A stretch of DNA of 64,000 bases from Deltaproteobacteria bacterium RBG_16_64_85 (lineage in GTDB: Bacteria > Desulfobacterota > Deferrimicrobia > Deferrimicrobiales > Deferrimicrobiaceae). The notes below the pieces were generated by a model. The model was not told the origin of the DNA. It ran no database searches and saw only the letters and a list, made by a program, of their open reading frames with translations. Position numbers and translations under genes: made by a program. The stretch is taken from the NCBI GenBank assembly GCA_001798885.1, contig MGQW01000072.1:3669-67668 (forward strand), given 5' to 3'. The first letter of the stretch is position 1. Every line of letters starts with the position of its first letter. Below, piece after piece: positions 26,372 through 34,220 of the stretch.

Positions 26372-29278
26372 TCACGGCCGGGTGAGCAACGTGGGCGTGC
26401 CTGCGGCGGCCGGGTCCAGGTCCCGGATGGAGTCGTAGAGAAGCTGGAGGACGTACCTCGGGTTGTGCACGTAGCCGCACGGCTCCTTCTGGACGACCTG
26501 GTAGTTGTAGGCCGCCCGGAGCAGCTTGGCATCGAAGACGTTGTACCGGTTTGCGAAGACCGCCTCGTTCGCGTCGACGTTGCCGTTCCCGTTGTTGTCC
26601 TTGAACCAGTATGGGTATGTTGCCGGGTCGTAGGCGATCTGCGCCGGCCGGTTCGCCGCCGCATACGCCTGGATGGCAATCAGCAGCCGGTTCACGACGT
26701 TGTCGGTGCCATTGACGCCGGTGCCCCAGATCTCACGGTAGATCCCCTCGGTTACGTTTCCGTTCCCGTTGTAGTCGGTCCCCCCCAGTGGAGGGAACCT
26801 GATCGACCGGAAGCGGGCCGCATCGGCGGCGTTGTCCGGCACCGGGACCGACAGGTGGCAGACCGCGCAGTACTCCGTCTTCGGAAACATCGTGTGGTTG
26901 TTCTCGTTCAGGTCGGCCGTCCTGCCCATGTGGCACTCGATGCACGTGTCGCGGGCGGGGGTGTGGACGAGCCTTCCCGAGTAGACCTGGTTGTCGTATT
27001 CGTAGCCGCCCCTGACCTCGGTGCCGAAGAAGGTCGCCGCGGCGGCGAAATAGTGGATGTTGATGAACGTCAGGTTGTTGATCGAGTTGTCCAGGGGATC
27101 GTTCGCGATGGCGGTGTCCACCTGGACCTTGGAGGCCTGGCCCTGGTGGCAGACCATGCACAGGTTGCTGGCATCGGCCAGGGTCTTCCCTACCCCTGAG
27201 GGGAAGACCACGTTGTCGAGCGCGTCGCCGGCGGCGCGCCGGGCGTACCGCGTGGTCCCGTCGCCGTCACTGCTGTGGCAGGCGGCGCAGGAGATCTTGC
27301 TGCCCAGCTTGGCGGAGGTGTTGACGACCCCGTCCTTCACGAAGTCGATGTAGCCGTACTTGCTATGGCACTTGGCGCAGGAGGTCGGAATGGACCCGTC
27401 CACGTCCCAGTGGCGGAACGGCTCGCCGGTGAAGTCGGCGTGGCCCGACCTCGACCATTCCGCGAGCGGCTTGACGTACTTGGGACTCGCGGGGTCGTTG
27501 CTGTGGCACGGGGTCGTGCCGTAGCAGGAGCTGACCATCGCGGCGTTCACCTTGAGCTGCCCGTTGTCGTAGGCCACGACGTTCACGCTGGGCCAGATGA
27601 TGTTGAACGAGTGATTGTGGATGTCCCCTTCCTGCAGCCCGAGCCCGAAGGTCTTGCGGATCGCCGATGAGGAGGTTTTGGGCATGTGGCAGGTCGAGCA
27701 CCGGCCGACGCCGGTCCCCTCAGGGTCGTAGGGAGCCTGGGCCATGACGGCCTCTTCTCCGATGTGCCGGACCACCGCGGTCCGGACGGCGGCGGGGTTG
27801 GACTTGACGTCGTTGGGCGTCAGGCTGAAATCGTCAGCGTGGCAAGCGAGGCACAGGCTGTTGTCGGAATCCTTCGTCGCGAACGTCACGCCATCCCGGG
27901 TGACGGAATCCTTGATCTGGTGGTCGTCTCCGGGGTTCGCCTTCGGGTTCCCAGCTGCTTTATGCGGATTGTGGCATCCCCAGCAGGTGGTGTCGGTGCT
28001 CTTGTCGGGCCCGTGCGGCCCCTGCTCCAGGTCGGTCCACGCCTGGTGGTGCTGCAGGGATGCGATGTACTTCGGAAAGTTGTATCCCAAGTACCAGTTC
28101 CGGTATGCCGTATAAATGCTCAGCGTGGGGGACGCGGCGCCGTAGTATGCCGTCGTTGTGTTGAGGATGACGAAGGGATTTCCCGCGGAGTTGTCGATCG
28201 AACTTTCGCCCGGGAACGGGAACGTAAGGACGCCCCCGACCAGGCGGGCCGGGAACTCGAGGTTGAGCGACATCCCCGCCAGCGTGGCGTTCCCCTCGCC
28301 GCGCTGGTGGCAGTTGCCGCAAACTTGGTCGGCGAGCCGGATGCCGGCGACCCCGAGGCGCTCGAGATTCGCGGGATTGGTGATGAAGGCCGGGTTCCCG
28401 CTGCTGTTCACGTGCTGGGCGCCCGGCCCATGGCAAGCCTCGCACCCGATGTTGAGCTCGACGTAGCCGGAGACGACCTCGGAGACGTTGGCGCCGGCGT
28501 ATGCCTGGGTCTGGGAGGCGAGGGACAGCCCGGTCTGGTGGCAACCCGCGCACCGGTTCTCCCAGGACCTCGCCGTCCCCAGCTTGGTCGCCGTCGCGTT
28601 CAGCGCGCCGAACTGGGCGACCAGGTTGTCGGTGCCGTAGGCCTGCGTGTACCGGGGGGTGTTCGTCCCGCTGTACCAATGGGTGGCGTTGTACGCCTCG
28701 TACTTTTTCGTGACCTCGTTGTACTGGACGGGGGAGATGTAGTAGCTCTTGCCGACCTTGGTGTGGTACCGTTGCTTCCAGTACCCGTTTCCGCCCTGCG
28801 TCCTCTGGACCTCGAACTCCACGCCGGCGATGCTGATGATGTGCTTCCCGTTGACGATTTTGAGGATCGGTGCGTTGGGGCGGCTGTTCTTCAGGGCGGT
28901 CCCGTTCGCGTTCGCCTCGATGAGGCTGTCGGTGGCAGGGCTGTTGAAGTCGAGCGTGTCCTTGAAGTCGTCCTGCCCGTTCCCGTTCGCGTCGTTGACG
29001 AAGATGGCGTCGCCAAGCTCGGCCACGGTCTTCAGCGGCGCGTTGTGGAGCGACTTCGACCAGCCGGTGAACTGGTCCGGGTGGCAGTTCTTGCACGCTT
29101 CCGAACCGATGTAGCCGCCGGCGGCGGCGAGGGCCGGGTCTCCCTTCTGGACCGTCCCCGTCGGGGTGACTCCCGGACCGATCGCCCCTTCGCGGTTCCC
29201 GGACCCGCCGCAACTGGCCAGGAGGGCCAGAAGGAGAAAACTTGCGGTGACGGTGATGTGCATTCCGATCCTTTTCAT
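26372..29278 (-). CDS. dodecahaem c-type cytochrome lipoprotein
   Basis: ATG 29278 (GGAGGG upstream) inside ORF 26372..29317. Signal ...LLALLASCGG. 12 CXXCH motifs plus one C-YGTTP-CH. Confidence 0.9.
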   Translation of the reverse strand: MKRIGMHITVTASFLLLALLASCGGSGNREGAIGPGVTPTGTVQKGDPALAAAGGYIGSEACKNCHPDQFTGWSKSLHNAPLKTVAELGDAIFVNDANGNGQDDFKDTLDFNSPATDSLIEANANGTALKNSRPNAPILKIVNGKHIISIAGVEFEVQRTQGGNGYWKQRYHTKVGKSYYISPVQYNEVTKKYEAYNATHWYSGTNTPRYTQAYGTDNLVAQFGALNATATKLGTARSWENRCAGCHQTGLSLASQTQAYAGANVSEVVSGYVELNIGCEACHGPGAQHVNSSGNPAFITNPANLERLGVAGIRLADQVCGNCHQRGEGNATLAGMSLNLEFPARLVGGVLTFPFPGESSIDNSAGNPFVILNTTTAYYGAASPTLSIYTAYRNWYLGYNFPKYIASLQHHQAWTDLEQGPHGPDKSTDTTCWGCHNPHKAAGNPKANPGDDHQIKDSVTRDGVTFATKDSDNSLCLACHADDFSLTPNDVKSNPAAVRTAVVRHIGEEAVMAQAPYDPEGTGVGRCSTCHMPKTSSSAIRKTFGLGLQEGDIHNHSFNIIWPSVNVVAYDNGQLKVNAAMVSSCYGTTPCHSNDPASPKYVKPLAEWSRSGHADFTGEPFRHWDVDGSIPTSCAKCHSKYGYIDFVKDGVVNTSAKLGSKISCAACHSSDGDGTTRYARRAAGDALDNVVFPSGVGKTLADASNLCMVCHQGQASKVQVDTAIANDPLDNSINNLTFINIHYFAAAATFFGTEVRGGYEYDNQVYSGRLVHTPARDTCIECHMGRTADLNENNHTMFPKTEYCAVCHLSVPVPDNAADAARFRSIRFPPLGGTDYNGNGNVTEGIYREIWGTGVNGTDNVVNRLLIAIQAYAAANRPAQIAYDPATYPYWFKDNNGNGNVDANEAVFANRYNVFDAKLLRAAYNYQVVQKEPCGYVHNPRYVLQLLYDSIRDLDPAAAGTPTLLTRP

Positions 29279-29306
29279 GTAGAAACCCTCCGTCGGTGGA
29301 TATCGG

Positions 29307-30044
29307 TTAAAAGTCATGGCAGACCCGGCACGAGCGGTTGTTGCTCTTGGACCGGATGCGGTTCGCCTTGAAATCCTTCGGATGCGGGTTGACGCGCAGG
29401 TTCCCCGTCCTGGCCGAGTGGCAGGTGAGGCAGACGTCCCCCTCGGGATGGCACGACTGGCACGACGCCAGGTTGCGCCTGGCCTCGGCGGCGTGCCCGT
29501 CCGGGAAGGAGGCGGTGTACCGCTGCCCCGACGGGGCGCTCAGGTTGTGGTCCTTGACCGACCGGTTGGCGAGCCCAAGCCGCGTGTGGCAGTTCGAGCA
29601 GAATTGCTGCTCGTGGCAGCGGGCGCACTGCTGCTGGTTCGTCTGGGCCTGCATCGGGTGGATGGAGACCCAGTCGCTGCGGTGGCTGTCGGGCTTGATG
29701 TCCCGCTTGTACTGGCTCCGGGAGAGATTCGCGTTGATGCCCCCGCCCTTGTGGCAGTCCTGGCATGTCCCCTGGTCGTGGCATTCAGCGCAAAGGGCGT
29801 CGGGCCGCGATGCGAGGACCCGGTGCTCCTTGTCCCAACCGCTGCCGTGGTTCGGCTGGATCCCGGAATCCTTGTGGCATTCGGCGCATTCGGGGAGCTT
29901 CAGCTCCCGGTAGGCCTTGTGGTCCTCCCGGCCGAACGCCGTGACCGCGATCATGACCGCCGGGAGAAGGATCAGGAAGATGCGAATCAGCGGATTTTTC
30001 AAGTGTCTTTCCTCCTCTATCGACCGGGCGTCAGAAGCGTACAT
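29307..30044 (-). CDS. periplasmic octahaem c-type cytochrome
   Basis: 245-aa ORF with an N-terminal hydrophobic segment and 8 CXXCH motifs (CAECH x2, CQDCH, CARCH, CSNCH, CQSCH, CLTCH, CRVCH). Its start overlaps the porin-like gene stop by 14 nt. Confidence 0.9.
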   Translation of the reverse strand: MYASDARSIEEERHLKNPLIRIFLILLPAVMIAVTAFGREDHKAYRELKLPECAECHKDSGIQPNHGSGWDKEHRVLASRPDALCAECHDQGTCQDCHKGGGINANLSRSQYKRDIKPDSHRSDWVSIHPMQAQTNQQQCARCHEQQFCSNCHTRLGLANRSVKDHNLSAPSGQRYTASFPDGHAAEARRNLASCQSCHPEGDVCLTCHSARTGNLRVNPHPKDFKANRIRSKSNNRSCRVCHDF

Positions 30045-31290
30045 CCAAGGCGACCCGTCCCGAGAATTCGTTCTCGGACTGGCGGGTCACCTTGTCTTCC
30101 ACCCGGAGCCTGGCGGTCATGTTCTTCCGCACCTCGTACGATCCCCCCGCCCAGTACTTCTTCGCCGAGAAGTCGTCCGTCATCGAATCCCTCTGGAAGA
30201 CGTCGTAGGCGACCCCCGCTGCGAGGTTTGCTTTCTTGAAGGTGTAGTCGGCCGAGAGGTCGAGGCCGGTCAGGTCCCCGGGGTATCCCCGGCGGACGTC
30301 CACGGCCGCCCGGATCCCGAGCCCCTCGACCTGCTTCGGACGGAACCGGGCGCCCAGGGAGCCGATGTCCGCCGTCGGGCCTTCATAGTCGGCCCGGGTG
30401 TAGGAGCCGAAGAGGGTCACCTGGGGAGTGACGATGTAATCCACCCGCCCCAGTACTTCCTTGTACCGTGTGACCGCAAAGACCGTGAAGATCGAGTCGG
30501 CGTCGAAGTTGGGGTACGACTGGAAGTACTCCCCCGTGATCGTGAGCAGGCTGGTGAAGGGGATGAGCTTTACGCCCGCGAGGAGCTCGCTGCTGGCCTC
30601 GTGCAGGATGTCGTAGCGCCAGTCCACGTAGGCCTTCGCCTTCTTGTAGAATCCCTGGTCGGCGTGGACTCCCAGCATCTCCCGGACAATGTCGGTATCG
30701 TTGTACTTCCGCAGGTAGCTCAGCTCGATATTCGTGTTGTGGAGGACCGTCCCGTCCTTGAGGAACGACGCGCCCGCCGAGGCCCCGAGGAGGAAGTCCC
30801 CGGCCCGGCTCAGGTCGGTGGTTTCCCGGAACCGCACGTCGTACCCGGCGAAGGCCGAGAGCGCCACGGGACCCAGGTTGCGTGCGTCGACCCTGACGCC
30901 GTCGATCGTCCCCGCACCCGCGCCCACGACGACGAATTGCCGCCCCAGCCGGATGTCCCCGCGGCTCCCCGGAAGGGCGTAGTTCACGTAAAGGTAGTAG
31001 AGCCGGCCCAGGATATCGTCCGAGTCGCTGAAGACTCCATCTTGGCCGGCGCCGAGCTGCTTGGAGACCCGGCCGTACCCAAAGGCGCTGAACCGGCCGG
31101 CGTTGTCGATCGCCGTCGCGCCGATCTTGAGGTACTCCACGACGTCGCTCTGGTTTTTATCCAGGAACGGGTCGTTGTACCAGAGGTACTGCGTCGAGCT
31201 CTGGAACCGGACGTCCGCCGCGCGGGCCGGCCCCGGAGCCAGGAAGAGAAGGAGAAGCACGACGGGGAAGAGCCATCTCTTTCCTTTCAT
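30031..31290 (-). CDS. porin-like outer-membrane beta-barrel protein (no haem motifs)
   Basis: 419-aa ORF. Signal peptide ending PARA-AD, alternating hydrophobic pattern rich in Y/G/D/R, C-terminal ...ALDVRF. First gene of the cytochrome operon. Confidence 0.75.
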   Translation of the reverse strand: MKGKRWLFPVVLLLLFLAPGPARAADVRFQSSTQYLWYNDPFLDKNQSDVVEYLKIGATAIDNAGRFSAFGYGRVSKQLGAGQDGVFSDSDDILGRLYYLYVNYALPGSRGDIRLGRQFVVVGAGAGTIDGVRVDARNLGPVALSAFAGYDVRFRETTDLSRAGDFLLGASAGASFLKDGTVLHNTNIELSYLRKYNDTDIVREMLGVHADQGFYKKAKAYVDWRYDILHEASSELLAGVKLIPFTSLLTITGEYFQSYPNFDADSIFTVFAVTRYKEVLGRVDYIVTPQVTLFGSYTRADYEGPTADIGSLGARFRPKQVEGLGIRAAVDVRRGYPGDLTGLDLSADYTFKKANLAAGVAYDVFQRDSMTDDFSAKKYWAGGSYEVRKNMTARLRVEDKVTRQSENEFSGRVALDVRF

Positions 31291-31297
31291 TACGCCC

Positions 31298-31423
31298 CTA
31301 CCTCCTGTTGGTGTGAACGCGGAATGCGCGCTGAAAGCGGAAGAGTGAAGATCCTTTTCCGGCAGGATGTGCTGACCTTCGACGGTTATCGTCGACGATG
31401 GCGAGTACTTTCTTTTGTGGCAT
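31298..31423 (-). pseudogene. relic of a response-regulator 5' end / 41-codon upstream ORF ending 7 nt before the porin ATG
   Basis: MPQKKVLAIVDDN... matches MPQKKVLVVDDDN of the REC-PilZ gene at 36281 and then diverges. The TAG lies inside the porin RBS region (aacAGGAGGTAGgggcgtaATG). Confidence 0.5.
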
Positions 31424-31436
31424 GTCGCTTTATGCT

Positions 31437-31451
31437 AGCAAGTTGTATGCC
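31437..31451 (-). promoter_or_regulatory. sigma-54-type -24/-12 element upstream of the Pcc operon
   Basis: The minus strand reads GGCATacaacTTGCT, against consensus GGCAC-N5-TTGCW, with correct GG-to-GC spacing. About 135 nt upstream of the porin ATG. Conserved in copy B. Confidence 0.5.
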
Positions 31452-31546
31452 CTGAAAGAGAAGGATGCACCTAACTATAATTACTTGAAAAACAAGAAGT
31501 TAGCAATTCATCAGGCGATGCGGAAATGCCGGTTGGTTGAAATGGT

Positions 31547-31579
31547 GGGCAAATTCCCGATCGGCTTGGGGATTTTCCC
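31547..31579 (-). promoter_or_regulatory. candidate enhancer (UAS): two 12-bp imperfect palindromes 21 bp apart
   Basis: On the minus strand, GGGAAAATCCCC and GGGAATTTGCCC with a start-to-start distance of 21 nt, about 100 to 140 nt upstream of the -24/-12 element. An A/T-rich tract lies between them and the promoter. Conserved in copy B. Confidence 0.4.
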
Positions 31580-31866
31580 GTACGGCCCCTAGATCCATCC
31601 AAGGTGTTGCACTTGTACATGAATTCCTCTTCGAGGAAAGCAAGACCGCGCCCCCGGCCCGGGATTCTTCTCCGTCCATCCATAGGGGTGCGTGAACCCT
31701 TGCCGCGAGAAAATAAGTGCCCCGATGGGGTTTATGAAGGGCTAAAATAAAAAAATATGCCGTTCCGGACGCCAACCATCCCAAAGACCGCTTTTTCCCG
31801 GATAGGCGAGGAGATAAGAGGGCGCGATCCCACCGGCACCCAGCGGATGGGAACGCGTCGAAAAAA

Positions 31867-32769
31867 ATGAAGCGCTGGTTGATCCTTTCGATGTGCTTGC
31901 TGGCCGTTTCAGGTTGTTCCCGGGAGGAAAAACCGTCTCAGGCGAAGGTCCCCCCGCGGGAACAATTCCTGATCGGGTTGATTCCCGAGCTGAACATCTT
32001 CAAGCAGCTCGAGCGGTACGAGCCCATGGCCGGTTATCTCTCCGGGAAAACAGGCTTGAGGGTCACGCTGAAAATCTTCCCGCGGTACGGGAACATCATC
32101 GACAATTTCCGGCTGGCGGGGATGGACGGCGCCTTTTTCGGAAGCTTCGCCTACGCGCTGGCCCACGCGAAGCTGGGCGTGGAAGTCCTCGCGCGCCCGT
32201 TGGCTCTCGACAACGCTTCGACCTACCACGGGTTGATCTTCGTGAGGAAGGACAGCGGGATAAAAACCTTCCGGGACATGAAGGGGAAGCGGTTCGCCTT
32301 CGTGGACAAGGCGACGACCGCCTACCTTCTCACGCGTGCGTACTTTCATTCTCACGGGATATCGAATTGCAAAGTATACCTGGGGGAATGCTATTTCGCC
32401 GGGACGCACGAGGACGTCGTCTTCGACGTGCTCAATAACAAGGCCGATATCGGAGCCGCCAAGAATACCGTTTTCAACCGGCTCGCGAAGGCGGACCCCC
32501 GGATTGCGAACGAGCTGGTGATCCTGGAAAAATCCCCCGAAGTGCCGGAGAACGGCCTCGCCCTCCGGAAGGAGATCGACGAATCCTTGCGAATCCGGAT
32601 GAGGGATACGCTGCTGAACATGCACCTGGATCCGGAAGGGAAGAAGGTGCTGGAGCAGTTCGGTGCGCAGAAATTCATCGAAACCGCGAACGCGGATTAC
32701 GCCATCGTCGTGAAGTATGCGGAAGAGATCCACCAGAACCTCGCCACTTACGACTACATCAACGACTGA
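31867..32769 (+). CDS. PhnD-like (phosphate/phosphonate type) periplasmic substrate-binding lipoprotein, orphan
   Basis: 300-aa ORF with lipobox LLAVSGC. Type-2 SBP-like sequence. No permease or ATPase gene nearby. Its stop overlaps the kinase start (TGATG). Confidence 0.75.
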   Translation: MKRWLILSMCLLAVSGCSREEKPSQAKVPPREQFLIGLIPELNIFKQLERYEPMAGYLSGKTGLRVTLKIFPRYGNIIDNFRLAGMDGAFFGSFAYALAHAKLGVEVLARPLALDNASTYHGLIFVRKDSGIKTFRDMKGKRFAFVDKATTAYLLTRAYFHSHGISNCKVYLGECYFAGTHEDVVFDVLNNKADIGAAKNTVFNRLAKADPRIANELVILEKSPEVPENGLALRKEIDESLRIRMRDTLLNMHLDPEGKKVLEQFGAQKFIETANADYAIVVKYAEEIHQNLATYDYIND

Positions 32770-34220
32770 TGAAAAGAAAGATCGTCCTAGGACTAACCGT
32801 TTATTCCGTTGTCTTCCTGCTGGCCGGCGTGTACGTCGTCCACACCATCCGCACCGCCACGGCGGATCTCGACCGGCTGATCACGCTCCACCAGGTGGAA
32901 ATCCTGCGGGAGCACTATCTCGTCCAGATCCAGCGGATCCAGACGGATCTGACCCTGAAGGACACGAGCCACGAGAGGACGTTCGATACCGTGTTCCGCA
33001 ATATCGTCAACATGGGGGACATCATCGATACCTGCTTCGACTGCCATCATTCCGAGCAGGGGACGGAAAGGCTCAAGGAGCTGAAGAGGCGGACGAAGGA
33101 GTACAAGGAGGGCCTGAGCAGGGTCCTGACCATTCGCGCCAACCCCTCGCGGCTGAAGGCGGAGGCGGAGGCTGCCTTCCAGGTCGGGGAGGAGCTGACC
33201 ACAAGAGTCCGGGACATGATCGACATCACGACCTCCCGGCTCGGGGAGATTACCAAAAAGGCGATGAACAGGATCGAGCTCACCAAGAACATCCTCTACG
33301 GGCTCGTGGCGCTTGGTCCATTGGTATCCGCGTTCCTCGGGTTCATCTTCATCTCGGGACTGACGCGCCCCGTCAAGGTCCTGCTGGAGTCCACCCGGAA
33401 GCTGAAAGGCGGGGATCTGGAGCACCGCGTGGAGGGGCTGAAGGACGAGTTCGGCGAGCTGGCCACCTCGTTCAACGAGATGGCGACTTCCCTGAAGGAG
33501 CAGATGTTGAAGATGCAGCGCACGGAGAAGATGGTGATCGTAGGCGAGCTGGCGGCGGGGCTGGCCCATGAGATCAAGAATCCGCTCGCGGGAATCAAGG
33601 TGGCGATGCAGGTCCTGTCCGAAGAAGCCGGCCTGTCCGAGGAAGACCGGGGGGTTGTAAAGAAGGTGGGCCAGGAGGTCGCGCGACTCGAATCGCTGAT
33701 GAAAAACTTCCTGAACTTCACCCGGCCGGCGAAACCCCAGATGTCGGAACTGAACGTCAACAACCTGATCAATACCATCCTCACCTTCTACGTGAAGAGC
33801 CGGTCGATCTCGCCGGGCCGACCCGACGGGATCCGGATCGAGAAGGATCTTCAACCGCTTCCGGACACGATGGCCGACCCGATGCAGCTGCAGCAGATTT
33901 TCCTGAACCTCGTCCTGAACGCCCTCGACGCCATGCCGGGCGGAGGGACACTGGGAGTCCGGACGTTCCTCGAAGAAGGGTCCGACCTCATCCATATCGA
34001 GATCTCGGACACGGGCAGGGGGATCAGTGATGAGAACGCCGACAAGATCTTCCAGCCGTTCTTCACCACCAAGCCCAAGGGGACCGGGCTGGGGCTCGCG
34101 ATCTCCAGGCAGTTGATCGAGCAGCACGGAGGCTCCATAACGGCAACAGGGAAACCGTCCGGCGGAACCGTATTTAAAATTCAACTGCCCCTGAAAACCG
34201 CTGCCGGGTCGACGGCATGA
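32769..34220 (+). CDS. sensor histidine kinase with periplasmic CXXCH (haem-c) motif, HAMP, HisKA and HATPase domains
   Basis: 483-aa ORF. TM1 at residues 5-24, TM2 around 178-200, CFDCH at residues 89-93 (nt 33033..33047) between them. HEIKNPLAGI H-box, plus N and G boxes (DTGRGI, GTGLGL). Confidence 0.9.
   Translation: MKRKIVLGLTVYSVVFLLAGVYVVHTIRTATADLDRLITLHQVEILREHYLVQIQRIQTDLTLKDTSHERTFDTVFRNIVNMGDIIDTCFDCHHSEQGTERLKELKRRTKEYKEGLSRVLTIRANPSRLKAEAEAAFQVGEELTTRVRDMIDITTSRLGEITKKAMNRIELTKNILYGLVALGPLVSAFLGFIFISGLTRPVKVLLESTRKLKGGDLEHRVEGLKDEFGELATSFNEMATSLKEQMLKMQRTEKMVIVGELAAGLAHEIKNPLAGIKVAMQVLSEEAGLSEEDRGVVKKVGQEVARLESLMKNFLNFTRPAKPQMSELNVNNLINTILTFYVKSRSISPGRPDGIRIEKDLQPLPDTMADPMQLQQIFLNLVLNALDAMPGGGTLGVRTFLEEGSDLIHIEISDTGRGISDENADKIFQPFFTTKPKGTGLGLAISRQLIEQHGGSITATGKPSGGTVFKIQLPLKTAAGSTA

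Larger units (their letters stand above)
31382..31612. repeat. duplicated promoter/5' block, copy A (paralog of 36241..36469)
   Basis: Collinear alignment with 36241..36469, with shared runs aacaagaagtt, gcaattcatc, ccggttggt, ggcaaattccc, tcggcttggggattttccc, tacggcccct, tccatccaagg. Confidence 0.85.
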
